Shown in pieces: positions 26,001-39,590 of a DNA stretch of 64,000 nt. Within the stretch, counting starts at the first letter, position 1. Each line of letters opens with the position of its first letter. The notes beneath the pieces were generated by a model that was not told the origin of the DNA, did no database searches, and saw only the letters and a list, made by a program, of their open reading frames with translations. The stretch is from Eledone cirrhosa. Its lineage: Eukaryota. Made by a program: the position numbers and the translations under genes. The stretch spans positions 333,560,001-333,624,000 of the forward strand of contig OZ024741.1 in NCBI GenBank assembly GCA_964016885.1, in the 5' to 3' direction.

Positions 26001-26958
26001 TGGCTATTTGTATATAATCAAGAGCTATTTCATAATATGCTAATATAATTGTATATATACTCCAATTCAAAGTTATATAGAACTTTTACTTATCATATTT
26101 CAATTCTTGACAAGTGACTTGATCTGTGATCATGTGTTGAAAATAAAGCAATTATCTACATAACAGAAGTGTCTTTTTAGATCTTCAACATTTTCATCAC
26201 ACTCACTGCAACCTGGTCACTGTTGCAAATAGTACAACAAGGATTTTGACACCAAGAATTAAAAGTTGGATATAAAGTGAATTTAGTTATATATATGTAA
26301 TTATTTGTACAGATTAAAGTTTAAGCAAATCATTTCTGATTTCACCCTATATGAGATCTTCTGAAACTGCTGAGAAAAATCAATCTGTAGATGCATAAGT
26401 AAACATTTAAAAAAAATGTTATAACCAAATATTGCCTTTAGAAAACATAACGGTGGTACATGAAGACATTCTCTCGTGATGGGCGAAATATATGTGATGA
26501 TAATTACGTCGTTATGTGGAGCAAGAAGAACAATTTCTTGCTCTGAAAAAAATCAGGAGACTAATATTCTTTTTAGAATAGCCGAAAGATTTCCAGCTAC
26601 CATGTATGGAAAATGATGTTAATAAAAGTAAAATAATTGACAAAAAAAAACTCAAGGTATTAGTAAAAGTAATAATAATGAGAACATTAATAATGTTATT
26701 GGATTGAAGCTTGTACAGAAATATTCGCTGACCAGTGTGAAAAACGAAGATATGTATACACACATACACATGTATGTGTGTGCATGTACACATATAAGCA
26801 CACATGGATATGCGTATATATATATATATGCATATATATTCAATATATGCATGCACATACACATACATGTGCCTGCACATACAAATAATGGGCATACACA
26901 CTCATACATACACACATACATACATATATATACACACATACATACATACATACACACA

Positions 26959-27056
<98 letters not shown>

Positions 27057-27952
27057 CACACACATGATAAGGATGGTATAAGAAAGGTCACTAATTTGAT
27101 GTCTCTAGTATTCTGGAGTTATGATCCAATTTAGACTTTGAAACCTTGGTTTTGCCTTTGTTCCGTGTATGAGCATAAACAAATATAATATTTCTGCTGT
27201 CTTCCCAATTGAATACTGTTTTCCTGTTTCCTTTTCACATCTACAGATATTGCTACACACATACATATGATGGCTGCAAACACTGCTAAGAGTATTGCAA
27301 TCGCTTGTCAGTTTATAGAGTTTGGTGCCCTTTAAGGCAACGACCAGCCACACAAACCTGTAACATAACCTGAACAAGCAATGCCAGTGCTTTAAAAGTA
27401 TTTTAAGTGAGGAAACGTCTTGCAGACGACCAATCCCACTCTCTGAGCATCAAAAACAGTACCTGAAAAGGAGAACTGGTTAACATCATCGGCTGCTTCT
27501 GAAGCCGCAGGTTTTATTTTCCAAAGTTTCCCCCTTTTAGAAGGTGTTGTGGCAACAACTGGGAGCCTTTCACTCGCAGGTGAAAGAAAACACACACACA
27601 CACACAAACACGCACACACACATATATATATATATATACATAGATATGTGTGAGTATATCTGTCTGTTTCTCTTTCTCTCTCTATATATATATATATATG
27701 TATCAGTAATGTGGTTGGTGATAGGAAGGGCATCCAGTCGCAGAAAATTTGCAAAAACAAGGAGCCAGGAGAACTCTTCAGTTTGTGTCTAATACACGAT
27801 AACTTCTCCTCTGGACTAGATAGAACATATGACCATACATAAGCAGGAGACAGTCCTTCAGCCTGTCTGGGAGGTCAGTATCCCTGCTTCAGTACTGACT
27901 TATGTTGACCCATCTAACACTTGCTAGCAGGGAAAGTGACCAATAAATGATG

Positions 27953-27990
<38 letters not shown>

Positions 27991-27993
<3 letters not shown>

Positions 27994-30900
27994 TCATCAT
28001 CATCATCATCAACGTTTAACGTCCGTGTTCCACGCTTGCATGGGTTTGGACGGGGGTAGTCCCACTTGAGGCAAGAGTGATTGTCTTGCTCGCATAGGAC
28101 TGTCTGGCAGGTTTTCTACAGTTGGATGCCCTTCCTAACACCAACCACATTTACAGTGTGGGTCTGGGAGGTTTTTACCGTGTTGCCTACACGGCCACAT
28201 TACAGCGTGGACTGTGTGTTTTTTGTCGTGACACCTACACGATCTCATTTGTTTCGGCCTGGATGGCGCGGCACCAACATAACTTTACATAGAACGGGGT
28301 GGTGTGGATGGGGTGGGGGTGGCGGCGGGAGGGGTGTATTTTGTTAGAGATGCCTACTGGCAAGGCGGGTCTTCTCTGTTACTGAGTACCGCCAAAGGTC
28401 ACGGTCCAGTGACATTGTCTTGGAGAGGTGTAAGTGTGTGAGGTCGGAGTTTATCAGCTCATCCCATGTTTTTCTAGGTCTGCCTATTCCGTGGCTACCG
28501 TCTATCTTTATTGCCCTGCACTTTGTAATACAGCTATCGACTTTCATGCGCATCACGTGTCCATACCAACGCAGCCTTCTCTCGAGTAAACAACATCTGA
28601 TCCCTCTTATCTCTAATTTTTTCCTTAGTTCGTTTATGCTTTGCCGTTCACGTATATTACTGTTACACATCCAGCGGAGCATGCAAGCTTCGTTCCTCTC
28701 TAGTCTGCGTATATCCTCTGCACACAATGCCCAGGTCTCACTACCATGCAACATTGCTGTTCGTATGCAGGCATCGTACAACCTGCCTTTCATTTTTAGG
28801 GAGAACCCTTTAGCAGCTAATAGTGGTATAAGCTCTCTGAACTTTTTCCAACCAGTTCTGACTCTAGCTACAGTACTTTCAGAGCACCCTCCCCCACTGC
28901 TGATTTTATCGCCCAGGTAACGGAAGCTGTCCACTATTTCTATAAAACCCTCTGCGCAATTGAAAGAGCTAGTATTTTGTGGGCACTTGCTGCTACTTAT
29001 TGCACCAGAACACCGGCCACATGTAAAGTCTATGTTCTTAGTTAGCTTACCTGTGATCCCACTACATCTTTTATGCACCCATACTTTGCATTTAGGACAT
29101 AAGATGGAGTTTCTACCTACGCCTTTCCTACATACCGAGCACGACCATTTCCCAGAAGGGACCGCCGCCTTGTTTTCTTTCCTACAAACTAGAACTTTGG
29201 TCTTAGCCAGGTTAATTTTAAGTCCTTTTGACTCTAGGCCGTGCTTCCATGTTTGGAATTTCTTCTCTAGCTCGGCCATTGATTCCGCTATGAGTGTCAG
29301 GTCGTCTGCGTATAGGAGTTCCCATGGGCAGCCTGTCTTGAACTCCTCTGTTATAGCCTGAAGGGCAATAATAAATAGTAGGGGGCTGAGAACAGAGCCC
29401 TGATGGACGCCAACTTTTACGCTAAACTCTTCACTATATTCGTTGTTAATTCTAACCTTGCTGACTGTTTCTTTATACATGGCTTGTATAGCCCTCACAA
29501 GCCATTCGTCAACGCCTAGTTTTCTAAGAGCCCACCAGATAATGGAGCGGGGGACTCTGTCGAAGGCTTTCTCCAGGTCGACAAAAGCTAAGTAGAGGGG
29601 TTTACCTTTAGCTAGGTACTTCTCCTGTAGTTGTCGTACTATGAAAAGAGCGTCTGTGGTGCTTTTGCCTGACACAAACCCGAACTGCATTTCATCTAGA
29701 TCAATTCTCTCTCTGATTAGTTGCGCTATTACTTTTTCCGTGACCTTCATGACCTGGTCGATTAATTTAATGCCTCTATAGTTACTCCTATCTAGGGCGT
29801 CTCCTTTACCCTTATAACAGTTAACGATGATGCTGCTATGCCAGTCCTTCGGAACAACCCCATTCTGTACGACTTGGTTAACTATGCGGGTGACCATGGT
29901 GTGTCCCACCGTGCCAGATGCCTTCAGCATCTCAGCAACTATTTCCGAAGGCCCAGCCGCCTTACCAGTCTTCATATCCTTGATTGCCTTACTTATTATA
30001 CTCCCCTCGACTAACACTGCTGGTCCCTCTATCGGGTCGATATGGGGGAGACTGTCTTTCTCCCATTTATTCTCCTCATTTAGTAGCCTTTCATAGTGAC
30101 ACTTCCAAGCTACCTTCTTATCAGTGTCGGTGATGGCAAGTATGCCATCATCGTTAAGTACACACTTCTCCCCGACAATATCACGGTTTTCCTTGACGCA
30201 TTGCCTGGCAATCCTGAACACCTCACGTTTTTGGTCATCGCGTTGTAGAACATGCTTGAACTTTCTTTCCTCAGCTTCCCTTCTTGCTAAGTACACTTCT
30301 CTCCTAGCTTCCCTCCTGGCCACTTGATAGTCTACTCTACTTCCCCCATCCCGCCATACTTTCCAAGCCTGCTTTTTGGCCTTAATTGACCCCTCCACCT
30401 TACTGTTCCACCACCATGTTACTCTCCTCCTGCCTACAGGCCTGCTCCAGCCACAGACTTCGTCTGTCGCCAACAGCAGGTTAGCTTTCAGAAATTTCCA
30501 CTGTCCCTCTATATTGTCCGATTCTAGATGCTCTTCCTTACTGTCGAAAGCATCAAGTAATATGCTTTGAAATTTATTTCTGGCTGTGGGGTCTTTTAGT
30601 TTCCATATTTTCCTCCTGAGGATAGTCCTCTTCTGCTGTCGGGTGCGTCTCGTCCTGACTATGAGGTCGCTAATTATCAGTCTATGTTGGGAGGTGCATT
30701 CTTCATGGGGGAGGGATTTAGTGTTTACAACAGACACTCTGTCACGTCTTCTGGTAAGGATATAATCTACCTGGCTTGTGTGTTCCCCGGATCTATAGGT
30801 AATCAGGTGATTGTCACGTTTTTTGAAGTTAGTGTTACAGATAGTTAGGTTATTTGCATCACAGTATTCCAGAATTCTGGAGCCTTCCTCATTTCTAGTA

Positions 30901-31284
30901 CCAAACCCATAGCCTCCATGGATTTCGTCATAGCCGTCACAATGTTGTCCAACGTGACCATTTAGGTCGCCTGCAATAATTATATAGTCACTGTCAGATA
31001 TTTGGGAGGTAGTTAGCAACAGTGTCTCATAGAATCTGTCTTTTATAGTGCCGGGCAGTCCGGATTGGGGTGCGTACGCAGATATTACTGTCACCGTAGT
31101 TCTATTGAGGACAAGTCTTATTTTAATTATTCTGTCGTTCACTCTATTTACGTCTATTATCTTATCTGCCCACTTTTCTGCTACCATGATTCCTACTCCA
31201 CCCAGCCCATCGTCGTTTCCCACCCAGAAAAGCTTATAACATCGTTTTTTACCCTCAATGAATCTAGCAGACCCACCCCTCCAC
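27991..31284 (-). mobile_element. RTE family B, near full length, 5'-truncated within APE, with ~350-nt 3' UTR and (GAT)n tail
   Basis: Uninterrupted ORF from WRGG through YAPQ, GDLNGH, SQVDY, YADD, PHD and FRYLG to the stop. Confidence 0.97.
28344..31284 (-). CDS. RTE APE-RT-PHD polyprotein, about 980 aa with no stops (first APE motif missing)
   Basis: 1017-aa ORF in the track; its first ~37 aa are antisense of the neighbouring copy and are excluded. Confidence 0.9.
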
Positions 31285-31286
31285 AT

Positions 31287-32255
<969 letters not shown>

Positions 32256-32416
32256 ATATAAATATATAATAAGGGTTGATGGACCCAGCATATTTATCAA
32301 TGCCAGTACCAGTTGTATCTCACCGTACTCAATGGGCAATGTAAGATACATTACCAGAGTATACACATAGTTATTTGCCTCAACACAACACACGTAAAAC
32401 GGGTGCCTATAAGGTT

Positions 32417-32526
32417 CCCAGACTCGAGTTTCTGCCGCACTAATGCAGCAGTAAGGTGTACTGCACCATCTGTCTGCATATATTAGGCAACAATGCACAA
32501 TTGGCTTATGCTGCTTCATCAGCGGG
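32417..32526 (-). ncRNA. Type I hammerhead ribozyme with long stem II
   Basis: Minus strand: CCCG-CTGATGA-[aGCAGCAtaag..cttacTGCTGC..gca]-GAAA-CTCGAG-TC^TGGG; palindromic stem III, GUC site. Confidence 0.7.
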
Positions 32527-32777
32527 TATCGCCTAATCAATAACAAATCAATCGACAGAATCCAAACGTATATAATCCAAATATATATATATATAATTAT
32601 AATAGAATATAAAAGAAAAAGAAAAACGAACACAGATATACACATATGTGTTCAAATCGTAAGGGACCAGATTCGCTAAGGTGAAAAGAATACTAACTAT
32701 AGACAATAGGGTTTGCCTGTCTCAATTTAAGAAAAAATTAAGAAAATAAATACAAACCGGAATTGTGGTAACTACCA

Positions 32778-32855
32778 ATCACCCAGACAATTTGTTGTTG
32801 TTTCGCAATGTTAATTGTGAATAGAATTACCAATTCAAGCTCATCAGTGGGTGAT
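32778..32855 (-). ncRNA. Type I hammerhead ribozyme
   Basis: Minus strand: ATCACCCA-CTGATGA-GC..GC-GAAA-CAA..TTG-TC^TGGGTGAT; 8-bp stem I, canonical core, GUC site. Confidence 0.85.
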
Positions 32856-32938
32856 GAATTAGTATCCTAGACACTTCTAAGTATATTAAGAAACTGAATA
32901 GCTATTTTGTTGTAGGAGACTATTTTGAGTTCGTAACT

Positions 32939-32990
<52 letters not shown>

Positions 32991-32995
<5 letters not shown>

Positions 32996-33106
32996 AAAAA
33001 GTATGACCCCGAGGGCAGGGCTCAAGCTGTTTCGACGGCTATTTGTGGACAGAAATAGCCGTCAAAACGGCTTGAGTTCTGGCATCGGGGTCATACTTTT
33101 TCCTAT
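32991..33106. repeat. 116-bp GC-rich imperfect palindrome (MITE-like)
   Basis: ataggaaaaagtatgaccccga..gacggctattt / aaatagccgtc..tcggggtcatactttttcctat. Confidence 0.9.
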
Positions 33107-33182
33107 TTCCCACTCTACTACGCTAAGTATTGAGTACTCTGGTGCATTATGGTCCATCTGGTTCCTTACCACAATTCCTTTG

Positions 33183-33244
<62 letters not shown>

Positions 33245-33509
33245 CATTTTCACACCCACTTTCCCACCTGCATACACACGCACACACACACATATATACA
33301 ACCATAGATATCAGACTATGTATTTCTGTAGTCTGATAAATCTATGCATGTTGATAAATCTGTTATTATATTGAATATGTCTCTGAATTGTTGATATAGT
33401 TACTGATCCATAGCTTAAGACCTTGAATAATTTATATTGCTAGTTTTATCTTTCTGTAGTGAAAAACTAGGGCTATACACATGTAATTACACCATATCAA
33501 TTATATCTG

Positions 33510-33930
33510 ATGTAGGGGTGCAGTGGTGAGGGTGGCGTAGTGGCATAGAGGTGTAGTAGTGGTGGGTCTACAGTGGTGCTGGTGTAGTGGTGAGAGTACA
33601 GTGGTGGTGGTGTGGTGAGGATGGTGTAGTGGCAGTGGGGGGGGGGGGTGTAGTGGCTGTGGTGCAGTGGTATGAGTGCAGTGGTGGTGGTGGTGGTGGG
33701 GTGTAGTGGCAGGGGATGCAGTGGTATGAGTGCAATGGTGGGGGGTAGTGGTAGGGGATGCAGTGGTATGAGTGCAGTGGTGGTGGGGGAGGTGTGTAGT
33801 GACTGGGGATGCAATGGTATGAGTGCAATGGTGGGGGGGGTAGTGGTAAGGGATGCAGTGGTATGAGTGCAGTGGTGGTGGGGGAGGTGTGTAGTGACTG
33901 GGGATGCAATGGTATGAGTGCAATGACAGT
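33510..33930. repeat. G-rich minisatellite (42-54-bp units)
   Basis: gcaRtggtatgagtgca recurs six times, separated by G-runs. Confidence 0.85.
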
Positions 33931-34668
33931 GGTGCAGAGCATTACATTGCAATGTTTCAGTAAGATCACTGAGAGAGGAATCAAAATTTTAAATTGACTC
34001 TAGCTGTACATGAGTGCATCAGTGTATATATGTGTATATATATGTGTGTGTATGTGTGTGTGTGCGTCTGTGAGCATGTTTGCCTGCGTGCATGTGTGTA
34101 TGTATGTGCATGCATGTGTACATGTGTGTATATATATATGTCTGTGTGTATGGTGGCAAAGCATGTTTAAAGAGTGGTGAGTCATACACCCAATTTAGCT
34201 GTTTGTCATGATAAAATGTAACTAATGCAGGGGTGGGGCTTACCCCTCCCCCTTCACTGCCATCCTTTTAAAACCAGGTTTTGAATTGCATGTGCCCAAG
34301 AATCTGTAGGGGTGTATATCTATACTGAGAAAAATAATGAATATTTAATTTTACAATTATATAAATATGCAACATATTAACTGCATTAAATTACTGTTTT
34401 GGTCTTTTTATTTTTTGTAATTTTAATGGGCTATTAACTCTTGATAAGCCATAGAGATTTAGCAGAAAATATCTAAAAGATAAATAGGTTTGTTAATTCA
34501 AATTGTTATAACAACTTTACTAGCAGACAAATTGTTGGGAAAATGTGTAGTATTGGATAGAGTAAAGACATCAATTCTTAAGAAGATGCAGTCATATTGC
34601 TGTTTTATACAGAATGTCTTGTTAAGTCAGTTTTATGTGGTACACGATGTTAAGAGTTAATACGTCTT

Positions 34669-34754
<86 letters not shown>

Positions 34755-34765
<11 letters not shown>

Positions 34766-36880
34766 TAAGCATTCCAATAACATAAAGAAAAAACCTAGAT
34801 ATAAAAATATGATTTGGTACAACGCTCCTTTTTCTCTATCTATTATTAGTAATATTCCTAAACTATTTTTTAGGGCCTTAGATAAATGCTTCCCTCCTTC
34901 GCATATTTATAGTAAGATCTTTAATAAACATACAATTAAATTCTCTTATTCCACCACTTCCAACATCTCTAACATTATCTCAAAACATAATAATAAAATA
35001 TTAAGTAATAAATTATATCCAGCCAACACTGAGCATCATAATACTAGCAATAGTAAACCCGACGCCAATGTTAACTCTAGGCTAGATTCCGTAAATTTAA
35101 ATACGACGTCAAACGTAACTTTGTCGAATGTTCATAATATCAATCTAAATCAGGAAACTTTAGCACCTATCGTAATAACTTCTCCAATCCAATTCATTCT
35201 ATAAATAATACTGGGTCACTTGCTAATAGCTCTGGTAATTTCTCTAATCGTAATTGCAATTGCTCTGTTAGAACTAAATGTCCTCTTAGTAACTAATGTA
35301 TTGATAAAAATTTAGTGTATGAATGTAAGGTTATAACTGGTACTAATTCTTTTACCTATTTTGGTTCCACTTCCACTTCCTTTAAAGCAAGATTTTATAA
35401 TCACAATTCTTCTTTTAAATACCAACTTAAAAGAACTAATACGGCACTCTCAGAACTCATATGGTCCTTAAAGGACAAAAGTATTAACTACAACATTTCT
35501 TGGAGCAAGGTTTGCAATGCCTCTCCTTACCTTAATTCTTCCCTATCCAGAACATGTAATGTCTGCCTAACGGAGAAATTTACCATTATCTCTAATTTTA
35601 ATTCTATAATAAATAGACGTACGGATTTATTTTCGCTCTGCTTGCATAAATCCCATAGAACTTTCCATAAAGTATACAGCTAATATCTTACTACCTAATT
35701 AGTTTAAAATCTTCTTTTCTCAAACGCTTTTATATTTTTTACAAATATACCCATCTTTCTACCTTATTTCAGTATATTATACAATATTACTCATACTATG
35801 TCGTTAGCGGTCCCCTATTTTTCTTTTTTTTTCTTCTTTTTCTTCTTTCTTCATTTCTAATCTTTAATCTGCAAGTTTTACTTCTCAATTACTTCTTAAT
35901 TCATATTATAACTCACTATAGCATTTTCCTTATATTCTCGGCCATACAAATTTTTATTTTTAATATATATACTAATATTACCATTAGTGACATTTTGTAA
36001 ACATATATTTTTTTGACGTTATATATTTTTTTTTCCTTGAATTTCTGCTTTCTTCTCTCCTTCCGTGCTCATATTATACCTATTTTTTACTTTTTCCTAT
36101 TACAATATATAGAAACAAACTTGGACCCTAATTAATTCCTCTAAGTTCATAATTCATTTAACCTTATCTTCATTACCCTTATCTTCTTAATATATTTTAT
36201 TTTAATAATACATTTTAATAAATTCCTTTTCGCACATATTATTAAACCCTTCAATATATAAACCTTAAATAAATAGTATTCTTAATTCCTTTTTCTTTAA
36301 TCATAAGCATCCCATTCATAAACCTCATTAACTTTTAATTTCTTAATTTTTTTTAAATTATGTATTATCTTACAACAGTTTTTTTTTTATTTCTCTCTGT
36401 GAGACAGTGTTTCTCAGTATTAAAGGTTATCTCTCTCTTTCTCTCACCCATTTTCTCCTTCTCTCTCGTCCTTCCTTCTGATAATGTACCTCCGTCATCC
36501 TTTCCTTATTATTTTTTTTTTTTATTATTATATTCTTTCTTCCTCTTCCTTACCTTTTCCTTCCCCCCTTCCTTTCCTTTTTTTCCCAATCTCATATATC
36601 CATCCTATTATATTTTTGATATGTTGATTTAACACTTCACTGCTCGCAAGTGTTTTTTAAGCTTCATATCATGTCTCCCTCTTTTATCTGATGAGAAGGC
36701 AAATATCATCCCATGATGATATTTGCTTTTGAAATGCGCATAATAAAATACATGAAACTCTTTTAACCATCTTTTGATTTTATATTATTTATACTCCAGT
36801 CCTATAAACTGTTGAGTGCTACTTATCCAATATTTGCATTGCTTTATTGTGCTACAATAAAACTCACCTCCTACAAATAT
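34755..36880 (+). mobile_element. Penelope-like element 3' part: RT-thumb/GIY-YIG pseudogene, pyrimidine-rich UTR, pLTR with hammerhead
   Basis: IWYNAPFS..KIFNKHTIKFSYS..HNNKIL; CNC..CPL; VYEC..YFGSTSTSFKARFYNH..CNVCLTEK..CLH. One frameshift and one TAA. Motifs resemble the Naiad clade (tentative). Confidence 0.88.
36682..36748 (+). ncRNA. Minimal type I hammerhead ribozyme of the PLE pLTR
   Basis: TTTTAT-CTGATGA-[16-bp stem GAAGGCAAATATCATC/GATGATATTTGCTTTT]-GAAA-TGCGCA-TA^ATAAAA. Confidence 0.9.
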
Positions 36881-36884
36881 ATAT

Positions 36885-37279
36885 TATCGTCATCATTTAA
36901 TTTCCATTTCCCATGCTAACATAGGTTAGACAAGTTGTCTCATTGTGAAACAAGTCACATCAGGTGACTGTGTCTTGCTTACACAGAACTGTTTTGGGCT
37001 TGGTTTCTGCAGTTGGATACCCTTCCTAATGTTAACTACATTTACAGTGTAGACTAGGTGCTTTTTATCATGGCACCAAAATGACCAACTGACAAGTTGG
37101 ACTGAATACTTTTTCATCATGACACCAGCATGACCACCTTACAGGGTGGACAGAAATCTTTTTGTCATGTCACCAACTCAATCACTTTACAAGGTGGACT
37201 GTGTGCTTTTTATTATGGCACCAAAACGACCAACTGACAGTTTGGAGCTGGGTACTTTTTCATTGTTTCACCAGCACGA

Positions 37280-37280
<1 letters not shown>
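36885..37280 (-). mobile_element. Old RTE family-B-type 3' UTR with tandem ~40-bp subrepeats
   Basis: catttaatttccat..catgctaacat..ttggatacccttcctaatg..tttacagtgt. Confidence 0.7.
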
Positions 37281-37310
<30 letters not shown>

Positions 37311-37454
37311 ATAATTGATACTCTGCTCCCCACGAGCATCAAGTGCTCAACTTGGCATACTGCCTGCAGATGCATTTAATTTGCACCTCTAATACCTATA
37401 TATGTACACACACACACACACACACACATACACACACACATATATATATATATT

Positions 37455-37704
37455 CGTGTAGGTGTCACGACAAAAAAACACACAGTCCACGCTGTAATGT
37501 GGCCGTGTAGGCAACACGGTAAAAACCTCCCAGACCCACACTGTAAATGTGGTTGGTGTTAGGAAGGGCATCCAACTGTAGAAAACCTGCCAGACAGTCC
37601 TATGCGAGCAAGACAATCACTCTTGCCTCAAGTGGGACTACCCCCGTCCAAACCCATGCAAGCGTGGAACACGGACGTTAAACGTTGATGATGATGATGA
37701 TGAT

Positions 37705-37707
<3 letters not shown>
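37455..37707 (+). mobile_element. Young RTE family B 3' tail copy
   Basis: Essentially identical to the reverse complement of 27991-28241. Confidence 0.92.
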
Positions 37708-37735
<28 letters not shown>

Positions 37736-37944
37736 TCCCTAGATTTTCTTGTTTTATGAAGACATATTACATTGGATGTCAGATTTATAATTATCTATTT
37801 TTTATAATTAAATAATCCATTAACTATTTATTTTTAATTACCATCAGTTGTTTCATTACCATATGGTTTCCTCTAACTTCATACTGAATGATTTAATTAT
37901 ACTGAAATGATTTTTATTAAACTTATTCTTTTCTACTCAGTTTT

Positions 37945-38150
37945 GGATTGGCAGAATCAGTACAGCATTGAACAGAATGCTTTGTGACATTCAGTTAGGA
38001 CTCTTTATATTCTGAGTTTACATCATACTGAGGTTAAATTTGCCTTTTGTCCTTCCCAGGTCGATGAAATAAAATGCCAATCATATACTGGGATTAGTAT
38101 AATCAACCTCCCCCACCAAATTGTTGGCCTTGTGCCCAAATTAGAAGCCA
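37945..38150 (+). mobile_element. tRNA-derived SINE S1
   Basis: ttggcagaatcagt..ctgagttt..tttgccttttgtccttcccaggtcgatgaaat..ggccttgtgcc. Confidence 0.7.
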
Positions 38151-38585
38151 TTTTGTTTTAGACAGTCACTCTAGATCCACTGATGCATGAAATTGGGTTT
38201 AGGGCTTCATCCATTCATCTATCCTTGAGTGTAGGTACATGTAATGAAATACAGCATTTAAACTTAGTGGAGCTCATCCCATTCCTGGTCTGAACATTAT
38301 CATCATCCTCATCATTATTATTTAATATCCATTTTCCCTGCCAGCAAGTGTTGGATGGGCCATCAACAGACCATGTCAGTACTGAAGCAGAATCATTGAC
38401 CTCTCATATAGCTAAGGAGCCTCCATCTCACTTACATATAATTCTACATTTTACCAAATACTCAGAGTACTCAAACAGAACTACTGACCTCTCATATAGG
38501 CCAGGAGCTTGTATCTCAATATCTGCACTTTACGAAGTGCTCAGACAAGCCAGGGGAAGAGAAGAATAGAAATAGAGAGAGAGTG

Positions 38586-38669
<84 letters not shown>

Positions 38670-38877
38670 GACAGCCTGTTACTGGACTGGTATTTTATTG
38701 GCCTCACAATGAGGAATGGTAAAGTTGACTTCAAACAGATTTCAACTTTCAGCATAGAGAGCTAAAAAGAATAGAACAAGACATCTTTTCCGACATTCGA
38801 ATAACTCTGATATTCTACTGCCATCAATATTGGCCAAGTATGGGCAAGATGTGGTTATTATTCCTGACTATCAGAAA

Positions 38878-39180
38878 GCATTTGGATTAATGGTTAGAGT
38901 ATTCAGTTTATGATTGTAAGCACAATTCTAGTAATGCCTTGTTTTCTTGAGCAAGACTTTTTATTTTGTGTTGCTGCAGCCCACTCAGCTGGTAAAAATT
39001 AGTTGTACTTGTAATTTAAAACACCAGCCTTGTCTAACAGCAAGTCATGCCGAATCTCCCAGAAAACTACAAGAGGGGTGCATGTACCTGTGGAATGCTC
39101 AGTCATTTGAGCATTAATTACATGAGCAGGTTGTTCTGTTGTCTGAAGAACTGGAAGATTCATCACCCAAAGTGATGTAG
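38878..39180 (+). mobile_element. tRNA-derived SINE S3
   Basis: tggattaatggttagagt A-box-like; ttcttgagcaagac core; body matches 1610-1830. Confidence 0.6.
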
Positions 39181-39271
39181 GTCCAACATATATAATTCCT
39201 ATGAAATACAAGACATAGTATATGAAGTAACTGGGTGATGGCCTATATAGTGACATAGTATACATCAGGTA

Positions 39272-39590
39272 AAATCAGGCATCTGCCTGCTACTGGTACC
39301 ATGTAACCCAGTCCAACCTGCTTTATGGTTGAGAGGTCAGGGACTAAATTGATTTTCCCACCAGACTCTGGTTTGGTCAGGCCAGACATCTGCCTGTAAC
39401 TGGTACCATGCAACACAGTGTAACCTGCTTCATGGTAGAGTGGTTGGAATCCCCCCCACCCCCCACCACCACCACCTCACCAAACCCTTGGTCTGGTGAG
39501 GAGTGTAACTGCAACTCCAGCGGCATGAAAAACAAAAGCTGTAAAAAGGGCGGATGAACTCCACTGAATCAATGACCATTTACCTCCAAC
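39272..39590 (+). repeat. Two ~107-bp tandem units, possibly a LINE 5' UTR remnant
   Basis: catctgcctg.aactggtaccatg.aac.cagt..aacctgctt.atggt occurs twice. Confidence 0.6.

Noticed and set aside
33497-33984. His/Pro/Thr-rich ORFs
   Set aside because: Open in all three minus frames because of minisatellite composition.
35294-35296. In-frame stop in the PLE as selenocysteine recoding
   Set aside because: The codon is TAA, not TGA, and the copy is also frameshifted.
39272-39590. HDV-like ribozyme in a putative RTE 5' UTR
   Set aside because: A nested double pseudoknot could not be built by eye.
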